From: Camelus ferus
Lineage: Eukaryota
Length of the DNA: 64,000 nucleotides
NCBI RefSeq assembly: GCF_009834535.1
Contig: NC_045696.1
Coordinates: 63,304,001 to 63,368,000, forward strand
Reading direction: 5' to 3'
Part shown: in pieces, positions 47,332 to 59,232 of the stretch
Layout: each line of letters opens with the position of its first letter
How positions within the stretch are numbered: position 1 is the first letter of the stretch
Notes under the pieces: model-generated
What the model was told of the DNA's origin: nothing
Seen by the model: the letters and a program-made list of their open reading frames with translations, nothing else
The model's database searches: none
Position numbers and translations under genes: made by a program

Positions 47332-47941
47332 AAAAACTGAAGTGTAGTTGATTTACAATGTTTCAGGTGTACAGCAAAGTGACTCAGTTATAGATAAATA
47401 TAAAAAGAATATTCTGTTCTATTATAGTTTATTACAAGATGTGAATAATATAATTCCCTGTGCTATACAGTAGGTCCTTGTTGTTTATCTATTTTATATG
47501 TGGTGGTGAGTATCTGTTAATCCAAAATTCCCAATTTATCTCTCCCACCTCCTTTCCCCTTTGGTAACCATAAGTTTGTTTTCTATGTCTATGAGTCTAT
47601 TTCTGTAAATAAGTTCATTTGTATCATTTTTTAAGATTCCACATATAAGTGATATCATATATTTGTCTTTCTCTGTCTAACTTATTTCACTTAGTATGAT
47701 AATTTCTAGATCCATCCATGTTGCTGCAAATGACATTATTTCACTCTTTTTTATGGCTGAGTAGTATTCCATTATGTATATGTATATATACACACACACA
47801 CCACATCTTCTTTATCCATTCATCTGTTGATGGACATTTAGGTTGCTTCCATGTCTTGGCTGTTGTAATAGTGTTGCTATGAACATTGGGGTGCATGTAT
47901 CTTTTTGAATTAGAGTTTTCATCCATTCAGGATATATGCCC
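47332..47941 (-). mobile_element. 5'-truncated artiodactyl-type L1 3' end with TSD
   Basis: Typical L1 3' UTR plus ORF2 tail (TAKTWKQPKCPSTDEWIKKMW). TSD taggttgattttttt 47317-47331 and taggttgatattttt 47942-47956. Confidence 0.92.
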
Positions 47942-50104
47942 TAGGTTGATATTTTTAGGGTGATGAGATAGTTGAGGCAAATTAGGCTTAAGAACAAAAG
48001 ATAACTGCTGCTTAAAGACAGGACAAAAGAAGTGTCACTAGTCAAGCTACAATATCATCTGGCTGTGGCCCACCCACACTGCGAAGAGCACAAAGGCCAG
48101 CTTTTTCCGTGGAGTGAGTAGCTGTTATAGGGCGAGGGAAGCCCTTGCTTTGTGAGCTCATTCGCAGAGGAGAATCCACCATGACCAGATCAACCAGGCA
48201 GATTGTGGCTGTAGCTCTGCTTTCTGGAGCCCATCTTGGAAGGAGGGGCTTTTTGAGTAATGAGAGTTTCCCTGCCTGTCTCAGGGCATCCATAAAGTAT
48301 ATTGGCAGGACATGGGGACACTCTCAATCGTGTGCTCCTGGCTGACCCATTCTGTGCCTGGGAAGGACGGTGAGCCCCAAAGAATGCTTGGGGCCGGGGT
48401 CGGGTCACGGCGGAAGCCTGAATGCCAACCAGTCATTAGGGGAGATTGATGGAGGGGAGCTTGCTGCGGGGGGAGGCCCCGGAGGTCTGCTGCAGTTTCA
48501 TTGCGGTTATTTATGGCTGAGCTGGGGCGTCAGAAACGGGTTGACAGCTCGCTGTAAGCTGACCTGGCTGGCGCACAGCCTGCAACCTTCTGCCTGCCCA
48601 TCCCTCAACTTGAGGAATGTCAACCTCCAAGACAGTGACCAGACGCAGGAGGTGTGGAAGGAAAGATTCCAGAATGCATCCTAACCCGCAGACCTCTTTA
48701 TCCAGAGAGAGGCACGCGTGTGTGTGCGCGCGCGCACGCAGGACACATGCTTGTACCCCCCCTAAATGTTTATATAAGCAGACATTGGTGAAATAGAGCA
48801 CAGCTGACTGGATTCTTCTTTCGTGGTACAGGGGAAGGGAACACAAATAATCCCAAACTGCAAGTAATCCAAAATCGGTTCTTCGTAATTAGTTTGGGGA
48901 ATGTATACTAAAGGGTTTTTATTTATTTGCCTTCTTGGTTTGTTTTTGCTGTGTGTGTTTCTTTTGGCAACAGAAGTACCAATCTGATCCTATTTAATTT
49001 ATCTGAGCTTTGTTTTCTGTGCTCAAGGGATGCTGTGGGTCAAGGAGGTCCAGAAATGTCCTGGGTGCTAGGGGCTAACTGAGATGGTTACTGAGATGAT
49101 CAGACATCTGTGGATGGTCCGGTCCGCCCCAGGGACAGACAGCAGGACCCACCACTGTGATCAGCAGCAACCTGGACAACAGTGACCAAAGCAGGGTGAG
49201 GGGCAGTGGTGTGCAGGCAGAGGTCCAGGCTGGAGTTCTGGTGTGGCTACTTCCTTGTATGAAATGGGCCTTGTCATCCCTACTGGGTCTGCCTCAACCA
49301 CCCTTTGGAGATCAAGGAAATGAGGTGGGAGAAATTGCTTTGAAAACTGTAAAGCATCTCCACCCCCCCACCCATGAGTTCTGTATCAGGAAATTTCTCT
49401 GCCTGGAGGACCTTCTAGGGAAGGAAGTGCTCGCCCATGGGCAGAGGCCAGAAGTCTAGTCTGGGCAACAGATTCTGTGTTAGGGGCCCTTGGGAGGGAG
49501 GGCAGCTCCCTGAGGGGCTAAGCCTCGGGGAGGGGAGTGGGTGGCTGCCCAGGGCCCTGCAGGGCTCTGGGGAAGGAGGAGGGAGGTAGTGGTGCTCCCT
49601 GAGAAGGAAGCCGCCTGTGTTTGGAGGATGCTCTGGAGTCAGAGTGTGAGAAGGAAAAACAAGTCCACTCTGTAGTTCCAGGAGGCCACTGAGCTGAAAA
49701 GCCAAAGGGGGATCACTGCCCTTGGGTCCCTTTATGTCCCATCATCTATTTACTCCACAGCAAGCTCCATAGTAAGAGATCACAGTCTAATGTGACCAGT
49801 TCATAAAACCTTAAAGGTTTAGATGAATATATTCTCACCAACTTTCACTTAAAAAAAAAAAACCAGATTTTACATCTTTAGAGCTGCAGCTCAAATATGT
49901 CTGTCACCTGGGAATTCATTTCTAATACCCCCAATCGTTTCTCTCTTATTTCCTGACTTTTCGTTGAATGCACACTGCGGAGTGCTCTATGAGTAGTAAG
50001 CAGTGTGGCTGGCCTGGGCCGTGAGGGTGGAGGGTGGTCCCTGCCGCCGTGCTCACGGTCTGGAGGGCAGGTGGGGCTGTCAACCAACAGTTCCAACTTC
50101 AGGA

Positions 50105-50560
50105 GCAAATGCCTCAACAGAGAGGAGCCCTAAAATATAGTGGCTTGAAGCAGCAGTAATCATTTATTATCTCTCAGGGATTCTGCGGGTCAGCACACTG
50201 ATGGCAGGATGGGGACAGTGCGTTGATGACACCACGTGGGGCCTTCCCTGGGGTGACCTGAAGGCACTCACTGTGGGTGCTGGCTGTGGGCCTGTGGCTC
50301 TCCCTGTGGTCCCGCTTCCTCGCAGCATGGAGGCTGAGGTCCAAGGCAGGTGTTGAGAGGGAGAGAAAGAGAGAATATGAGAACCAGGCAGAGGGCTGTC
50401 ATTTTTCTGACCTGTCAGGGCAGTCATGAGTCCCCCCGGGGTGCAAGGGGATGGGACACAGACTCACCTCTCCGTGGGAGGAGTAGGTCCTACTGCCAGG
50501 AGTTCCTGCTGGATGCATAAGTACATGGGAGTGGCACTCTTTGGAGAATACCATCTGCCA
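50105..50560 (-). mobile_element. MLT1-family MaLR LTR
   Basis: aaaatatagtggcttgaagcagcagtaatcatttattatctctca...ttctgcgggtcag...ctttggagaataccatctgccac. Confidence 0.7.
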
Positions 50561-53500
50561 CGCCTGTCTAGGACAGGGGGTCTGGGGGTTATGGGGTCAG
50601 GGGAGGCTTCCTGGAGGAAATGATCCTTGAACTGAGTCTTAAAGACTGGAGGAAATAAGATGTGTGGGAGGGAGGAGAGGGAAGGAGAGGGAGTCTGGGT
50701 GGAGAGGCAGCATCCACCGAGGACCGAGGAATTGAAGAAACCTGGAGCGCTGGGGGCAACTACAAGCAGTTCTGTGATCCTGGGGCCGCTTGTGTGGGGC
50801 CGGGCATGGTGGGAGGTGGGGCTGCAGAGTGGAGGGGCTTAACCTGCAGTTCAGGAGCCCCTGGGGTTGTCAGTTCCTCTAAGAATCAGACCCTTTCCCT
50901 GGAAAGAGTACCTATAGGATTCTGTATATCATTTCAGGGACCAAGGTCAAGGTGGGTCCCTGCCCCACCAACCCAAGGGGACCTCCAAGATCCCTTCATG
51001 TCCTGTGTTGTGTGGAGCCAGCTTGGGCCCCACACTTGCCAGTGGCTTCTCTGCAGGCGTATGGCACCTGAGGGGCCCTGGGAGCACATCAGACTCAACC
51101 CAAAAGCCTCACCCAGCCACTGGCATCCCTGAGCCCCAGTTAGAGCGGGCATCTGCTTGGCATCCTGGTCTTCCTGGTGTAGATAGCACCTCACGGTTCA
51201 CAAAATGCTCCTACATGGTTTCTCTTCTCCCAATGGGGGAGGCATGTTCTCACTCTACGGATGGGAAACCAAGGCCCAGAGAGCATTGTTCACTTGCCCA
51301 GAGTCACACAGCTAGTTGCTGTCAGAATAGGGATGCTGATGTGGGTGTGACCACCTCTCCGGGCCAGCCCATTTCCACCGCAGCATCCTTGTTCCTGACT
51401 CGGGGCCTGGCATGTCACTGAGCCACCTGACACCACCCTGCCCTGCCCCACCCACGGGGCTCAGATCCCGGACAATGTGACTCAGGCCTGAGTCAGCTTT
51501 TGCCTCTGCTGGAAAACCTCCAAAAGAGCCACGCTAATCCTTCCACACCTGCTTCTCCAGCCCTCCGAGCCTATGTCTCCAGTGCAGCCTGGATCCTCTT
51601 CCAAGGAGGCCACTCACATGCCCCACGTTCAGATCTGCGCTCACCTTGGCTGCCTCCTCTAGTGGTCCTGGGCGAGGCCTTTCCTGTCTCTGGGCTTTCA
51701 AGTAGGCTGAGCCAATAGCAGGTGGGCGGAGAGAAGCCAGGGTATTTCTTCCCTTCTCTCTGTTCTAGGAAGCGTCTCCAGGAGGTCTGGGTCTCCTCCT
51801 TGGCCCCAGCTCCCCCGGCACAGGCCTGCTCTGGTTTCTGCTGGGCCGGATGCTCCTGGCCTCCCAGCTCTCATTAATGTGGCCTCTGTTTTCATCCTCC
51901 TTCTCTCGACGGGGCCCGTGCTAACCTCTGTGCTGCCTCAGCATCTTACGCAGCTTCTCAGCTTTGAAATCACTATGCAACCGATCCCCCATGTTGAATT
52001 CCTTCTGCTTAAGATACCAACACACTTCCTGCTGCTCAACTGGACCCCTGACTGAGACCATTCCCTTCCCAGGGGATGGCACCAAATCAGTGTTCAGTCA
52101 CTGAGCTCGCCTCCCCACGCCCAGCTCGTCTCATCACTGAGTCAGAAGACTGCTCTGGAGGCCTCTTGAGCCCAGCCTCCCTGCCCTCCCCTCTGCTGCC
52201 GCCTTGGGTGAGCCCTTAGCACCTCTGGCCTGGCAGACCCCAGCAGCCTCCCACCAGGGCAGCTGGCCAGCCCACCTTCCCCACAGGGGCCCTGGGGGCT
52301 TAGACAAGGCCCAAGGGCCTAGACTTTAGAGCTAGCCTTTCCCACGCTGCCTTCTGGACCTGGCCATCCTCCACACGCCCCCTCCTCCCATCGTGCACCC
52401 CACCCCCACCCAGACACCACATCTGAAACACACCACGCAGAGCCCTCCACCGACTGTTCACCTGTTCCGTCTGTCCAGACCACCCCCCTCTTTTCTACCG
52501 GTAAATGTCTCGATTCTATAAGACCTACAGCAGATGCCGTCTCTTCTAGGGGAAACACATCGCTCCCCATTCTGCCTTCCATGGCCCGGGGTCTGCCGCC
52601 TTAAGAGCCCTTCTCACACGTGATGTGAGTTTCACAGGGCTGGGACCCTGCCTGCGCCCTTCTTGTCCCCAGGCACCCAGCCCTTATGCCAGAAGTCAGG
52701 GAGTCTTTTGTTGGTTGGAATTGAAAGTGCTCTTGGGCTCAGCTGGCCCCCCAGTCCCTGGGTGCTGGGGCCTGCCCAGGTCCCTCTCCTGTTTGAATAA
52801 TCCTCCAGAGCTAGGGGCCTCTCCTCTCTTGACAGCAGGGCAGTTCATTTCAGTGACACCCTCAATGATCCTGGTTAATGTTTAATTTCAGTTTTTTTGT
52901 TTTCTGTAAAGCTGGTAACAGGGTGGTATAGCTGAGAATGTAAAAGACAACAAGAGGAAAACAAATACCTACCCATTTTTACTTAACAGTTACAAATTGG
53001 TTATCCCCATCCCCAGCTTTTGGGAAATGAATAGAAATAAAGGCAGAATGTTAACCTGATACAGACCAGACTGTTAGTGATTCTCTCACCACAGGCTTTA
53101 AAGCTAGAGCTTTGCACATTAGCAGTTTGCTAGACTCTAGAAAGACTCAGTCTTCCTGAAACGTCCATCAGTGTCTGTTTCCTGCATCACCAGTCAGATG
53201 GCTTCCTGTGGGATTCTGGATAAAGCCCAAACTCATCAATGTTAAATTCAAGTCTCCCTGCCCCTTCTCTGCCTTGGCTGCATCTTTTCCAGCCAGACAT
53301 CCTGTTTACAGAGCCCAGACAGGACATGAGGTTAGGGTCTCACCTCTGTACCTTTTGAGGATGGGGTAGAGGAATGGTTAGGAGTGTGAGGTCCAAATGT
53401 GGACACATTCAGGCTCCTTCATGCCCTGGCTGTGATGGCCATGCAGCCTCCAGGAAGCCTGCTCTGATTTCCCTGACCCACACTGTGCATCCCTCCTCCC

Positions 53501-54279
53501 ACTCCCATGGGCATCCAGACCTCCTGTCTTGTGTTATCTGTTCCATTGTCACTTATTCATGTGTCTATCTACCTTCTCCACCTGGGCTGTGTGTGCCCCT
53601 CAGAGAGCCTGCATGAATAATGGCCAAAAAAGATGAAAACCCACCATGAGCTGTGGCCAGAGCTGGCCATCCAGCCAACTTTGGTGACAGGATGCTTAGT
53701 GTATACAGATCTGTCTGAAAGAGAGGGACCTGTAAGATAGGCTTTGATCTGTCTCTTTTCCCTGATAATTCAGAATAATCATGATCAAAAAATGGGTATG
53801 CGTGTCAACACACTTAGGGGCAGTGGCTGACACTCAGCCCTCAAACCCGGCCCCTCCTGAGCCATCTTGTGCAGCCCACCTCCCACCACCTTCTCTGTTG
53901 TGGTTTTCCTGTGTTTCCACTGCCTGCCTCAGCGCACTCCCCAGCAGACAGGACAGGAAGGACCTGGGCCTCCACAGTCCCCCTTGAGTTCACGAGGTGC
54001 CTGCCCTGTGGATGAATAAGATCGTAACTCACAAGGGTCACCCCCTGGGGAGGAAGAAGGAATGTTTATGAATATATGACATTTGAGGTGCCCACAGTGA
54101 TTGACCCTGGGCAAGTTCCTTCCCTGCTCACTTTGGCCCATCTGTCATGCAAGAGAGTTGGACCAGGTCATCTGGAACATTCCATCCAGCTCTCTGATCC
54201 AGAGATTTGGGGGCGGATGTAAAGAGGTTTTGCCAGCCGTCAACACAGCCTGATCATATCAGGCCTGAGCAAATGGTGT

Positions 54280-54785
54280 TTAGAAGCAGCACTTACAAAC
54301 CCTAATGTCATACCAATCGCCTGTATCTAGATAAAATGTAGATTCTGATTCAGTGGGTCCCGGGTGGGGCCTCCAATCTGTGTTTCTAACAAGCTCCCAG
54401 GTGATACCAATGCTGTGGTGCCTGGCCCACTCTCTGAGTGATCGTTTAGCCCAGGTTCTCGAGGTGGGTCCTGGGAACTTGCTGGAGCTAACGAGGTCCC
54501 ACCACAGACAGAAGCTCCAGGGTGGCGCCCGGCAGTCCGTGTTTTAACAGTCTTGCAGGTGATTCTGATGCACGCCCAAGCCACTGAGTGAGAACCACCG
54601 CTTTAAGGGAACTGGTTCTGAACTCGGCCATACATAGGAAACAACTCTAGGGTTCTAAAACCTACTGGCACCCGGGTCCCGTTCCCAGGGATTCTATTTA
54701 ATTGAGATGGGGTGCCGCCTGGGCAATGGGATTTTTTAAAAGCTCCCCAAGTGACTGTACTGTGATCTCCACGAGTGTTAGACTG
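54280..54785. mobile_element. Cluster of MER5-family fragments
   Basis: Repeated gattctgattcagtgggtcc...aacaagctcccaggtgat and ttttaacag..caggtgattctgatgcac...tgagaaccac blocks. Confidence 0.75.
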
Positions 54786-57700
54786 TATCAAAGGTGTCAG
54801 GCCCCACACCTAGGCCTGCGGGGCTTCTGGACGCTCTCTCCGAGCCATGGCCACTAGGGTGCGCTGTTGCGCCGCCTGGGAGGCCGGCCGGCTGGCGGCT
54901 CAGACTCTTCCCCGCCCGCGGCTGGAGCAGCTCCGGGGCTGTGGGGCCGGCGCCTGCGGGAGCGGCTGCTGGCCCAGGCGGCCCTTACCCGAGCATCTGT
55001 ACCTAGTTAGTGCTGGCCGAGGCCCCATTGCGCTTGACGTCAGTGATGTGCTCGGTGCTGAGGAGATGCGGCTGTTGCAGCCGCTTGGCACACGTTGCTT
55101 CACCCGGCCAGCCCTGCCGCCCACCTCCTCCAGGCAGGACACCAGGCCCACCTTAATTACCGAGACTTTGTTCGCGCTACTCCCGTGACGCGGGAGCCCC
55201 TCTCCATTTCCACTGGACTGGGGGCACCAGTACCCTTTCCTATCTTCCTGCAGCAGCGCCGTGCCCCTCCCCAGCCTTGTCAGGAACCTTAGGGGTCTGG
55301 GGTATCTCTCAGTCCTGAGTCCCCCAGGACTGCATCCTCAGATCTGCCAGGTCAGCTGCAGGAACCAACTCTTTTACTTTTCTTTCTCCTGACTTCTCCC
55401 TGGCTCTACCCTGCCCTGTCGCCTGCGCCTTTTCTCTCTTATCTGAGTTGTGTGGATCAGATATTTCAAGCTGTTATGTTTTTCTACGCAGGAGTGGAAG
55501 AGATGGGGCCAGAGATTGCCTCGGATTAATACGACAGATAAGGCAGTGCTATTTGTAAGGAACCGTTGTCTATGTTGTGGGGAGGAGTAAGGTGAGTTCT
55601 GGTTGTTGATGCAAGTTTAATTGTAAAAAATTCTTCCTTTAAGCAGGGATGGGGGTTTATTCTGCAGGAGAGAGCCCAGTCAGGTACAGTGATGCTCTCC
55701 TGTCTAGCTTTCCGCACTGGCTGAGGACGTCCCTGGAGTAGCTTTTCCCAGCCAGGATGTCAGAGCTGCCTTTATCATAAACGCTCCATTAGCGATGCCT
55801 TTGTTATAAATGCTCCATTTCACCCCTGCTATTGCTCCCCTCCCCCGTGTTTGATCTTCTGGGCCCCTGCGTGAGATTTCATCCGGAGAAAGGCTTTGTG
55901 GGTAAAGCAGCTTGAACACCTCTGGTCTGGATGATGCCTGATGACCCTTCTGGCTTTGACAACATGCAATTCTAAGAGGAGGTAACGCTGGGAAGCCGGA
56001 GGCAGGCTCTAACCTTGACCTTGAGTGCCTGTTTCTGGTTTCTTCCATTTGGCACCCCTGCCCCCATGACCAGTCAGTGAGGTGGACACTCCCTGCAGCC
56101 CCAGGACGGGGAGAGGCTGCTGGGATATTTATTGCAGAGGGATACAGACCCTCCACACTGGGCAGGTGGCAGGGAGCCAGGCCAGCCCTGATGGGGAAAC
56201 TGAGGCCCAGAGAGGGGAAGGGACTTGCTCAGGGTCACACAGCTGGTTCTCAGCAGATCCCTTCTCAAGCTAATTCCTCAGAAGCCCCTACCAGGGCCGC
56301 TCAGAACTTCTACCAGGTGTGCGGGTTGGACACTATTAGGCAGTGCTGAAAGGGTGATGGCTGGGTTCCAAAGGGAGCCGGTTTGGTTTAATTTGAAGGA
56401 TACTAGTCTCGCCTTGAATCCAGATGAGTGACCCTTGGCCAGAGGCAGATGTCCTTCCAGGGCTCAGCCTGACCCTAGGGACAGCAGACCCAAGGGGGAT
56501 TCTGTCTAGAAAGAGCCACCCGAGGGCTCAGAGGGGATTTCACCTGCCAGGTTCCAGCCCCTACAGGGGACAGATGGCCAGGGAAGAGGTGTGGGAGGTC
56601 AGTACAGACTCTGCACCTTCCAGCGTAGCCTCTGAAAGTAAAGGTCTGAGCCTTGAATTGAATCTCAGCCTCTCAGCCAGGGGGTGGGGTAGAGGGCGGC
56701 CAAGGGGAACCAGGCAGCCGTGCGTTCGGGCCAGTTTCCCTTCTGCCTCGGCAGCGGCAGCGCGTCTGGCCCAAGCCCAGGCTGGAAATCAGGGACTCAT
56801 GAAACAGCAGCTTGAGGAGGACTAGGGAGATTCGTGCTCTTGTCTTGTGGGTAAGAAACTAGGGCAGGGCAGGAGAGGGACGGGCCCGAGGTCCCAGCAG
56901 CAGAGTGGAGCTGGGACACAGGCTACGGACTCCTGTTTTCCATGTAGATGGAGGCTCTGACCCCACTCTACAGGGGCTGCCTCTTTCCCTCTCCCTGGGT
57001 TGTGTAATGTGTATCTGTGTGTGTGTATGTGTGTAGACATTTCCTGTTTTCTGTTTCTGCCTCCAATTCCTATCAGCTTCATAAAACCCAGCGAGAAAAA
57101 ATTCTAAAACGTCAGTCACCTAGTCCAGGATCACTGTCAGGAAATCCTGTTCCCCTCTGGCCCAAATCTCCCATACTCTGGTTTAAGTCCCTCCAGGTGG
57201 GGCTGGCAGGGTCAGTGGGACTTACTCCAAGGGCCCCAGGGAAACTGCCTTGCGCTGTTTTGCCAGGAATACTTGCTTCCACACTGCAGTCTCCAAACAC
57301 GTGCTCTCTCTGCCTGAGGTCTTGAATGATGCTGCTTTGATGGGGGTGTGATCCCAGCGAGTGATTTATTGTCTGTTTACTCAGAGAGCGCTTGTACATT
57401 CCTGCTGGTGGGAAAGGATGGAGGGACAGTGGGAGGTGAACGTGTGTCCTCTGAGCTGCAGAGGGAGCCAGCAGGGATGCCTGACCCACTCGCCCTGACG
57501 AGTGGCCTCCGTTAATTCCTCCTCCCTGCCTCTCTCCACCTGATGAGAAACAGAATGCACTTCTCCCTGAACCTGGGAGGCTTCAGGCACATTTTCTGCT
57601 CAGAGGCCATAGAATATAAAATTCTACCCAGAAGATGAGGAAGGAGGAAAGAATTACGCTGGTGGCGCAGTGCTCGGTGCCAGGTCTGTGCTAGACCCTA

Positions 57701-58026
57701 GGGTGGAGGTATCGCCTCCTGTTCACAGATGACAAAGCTGTTGCTCAGGGGCCTAACGTGTCTGAAGTCATACAGAAGCGAGTGAGTTGGGATCCAAACT
57801 CTCGGTGGGCTAATATCAACACTCATGCTCTTCCTCCAAGAGTACACCCTGGGCCCCCTGCATTAAAACCTCTTCCTCATTAAGTCTGTCCTTTTAAACA
57901 GATATTACCATCCCAGGCTGTTCCAGGCTCATGAGAGTCAGCAGTGGACAAGGCAGGTCCTGCCTTCATGGAGCTTCCGTGACTGGGGAGACCAAACAAG
58001 TATGAGAAACAAGGCAATCATACAGT

Positions 58027-58377
58027 TGTCTTAGCCAGCCTGGGATGCTATAATAAAATACCATAGACGGGATGGCTTAAACAGACATCTATTTCTCACT
58101 CTTCTGGAGGCTGCAAAGTCCAAGACATAGGTGCCAGCAGATTTGGTGTCTGGTGAGGGCTCTCTTTATGGTTTGCAGATGGCCACCTTCTTGCTGTGTC
58201 CTCACACGTGGAGAGAGAGCTCTGATCTCTTCCTGTTCTTACAAGGGCACTAATCCCATCATGTGGGCTCCACCCTCATGACCTCATCTATACCTAGTGA
58301 TCTCCTAAAGGCCCTGCCTCTAAATGCCATCGCACCAGGGGTTAGGACTTCACTTAGGGGGGATACAAACATAGCAA
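58027..58377 (-). mobile_element. MLT1A/B-like MaLR solo LTR
   Basis: tgtcttag...gctataataaaataccatagac...tttctcac..ttctggaggctg..aagtccaaga...ggctccaccctcatgacctcatcta...catagca. Confidence 0.88.
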
Positions 58378-59119
58378 TGGTGTACTAGACGGTGATGGTA
58401 ATGTGAGGAAAAGGAGAGTGGGATGGGGGATGAGAAGTGGGGAGGTGGTGTGTGGGTTGTGATTTTCAATATAATGGTCAGGAGAGGCCTTACCAAGAAA
58501 GTACCAGGGCTTCAACGAGATAAATGTTTTGCTGTTGAGCCTGCACTTCCTGTGCCCACTTCAGACCCACGCATTCAGAACCTCTGGGAATGGGGTCTGG
58601 GAATATGCATTTTTCACAAGTCTTTCATACACACTTAAATTTGGAAATCCCTGTTCTGTGCCCTGGTGCTTCTTCTCCAGGCAAAAGACTTACCTAACAG
58701 GTCAGGGAATATTTGCCCGAATCTAGGTGTGACTAGGAGTTCAAGAATGAAGCTGGAATCCAGGGTCCTGAAGACGATTCCCTTTGTGACTTGATAATTG
58801 GCTAATACTTAGTAGCCAAAATACACAAAATGCCCTCGTGGTCGTGGCTGGGTCTGGAAGGATCTATCAGTGCAGGGTAGGATGCTGATGGTGTCCAGTC
58901 AAGGTGGAGTCCAGGTTATTGAAGCAACAGGCTGGTGTCATGAGAAGGAGCATGGCTCAGAAGACTTGGGTTCTAGATCACAGTCAACTGTGGTGAGCTT
59001 GAGCAAACCATTTGCTTTGAAGAACTTCAACTTCTAGGTTTGTGAAATGGATCTACTAAAGTTTCCGCTACTTATATCTCAATGCTGCCTTCACCTGAGC
59101 TACCAGCCAGGCAATCTGT

Positions 59120-59232
59120 GTATCCATCTATGCATCTACCCACCCCATCCATCCATCCATCCATCCACCTACCCTCCCATCCACCCACCCATCTATCCAT
59201 CCATCCACCCATCCACCCATCCATCCATCCAC
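59120..59232. repeat. Degenerate (CCAT)n/(CCAC)n tetranucleotide repeat
   Basis: Directly visible. Explains the Pro/His-rich ORFs 59047-59358 and 59082-59315. Confidence 0.9.
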
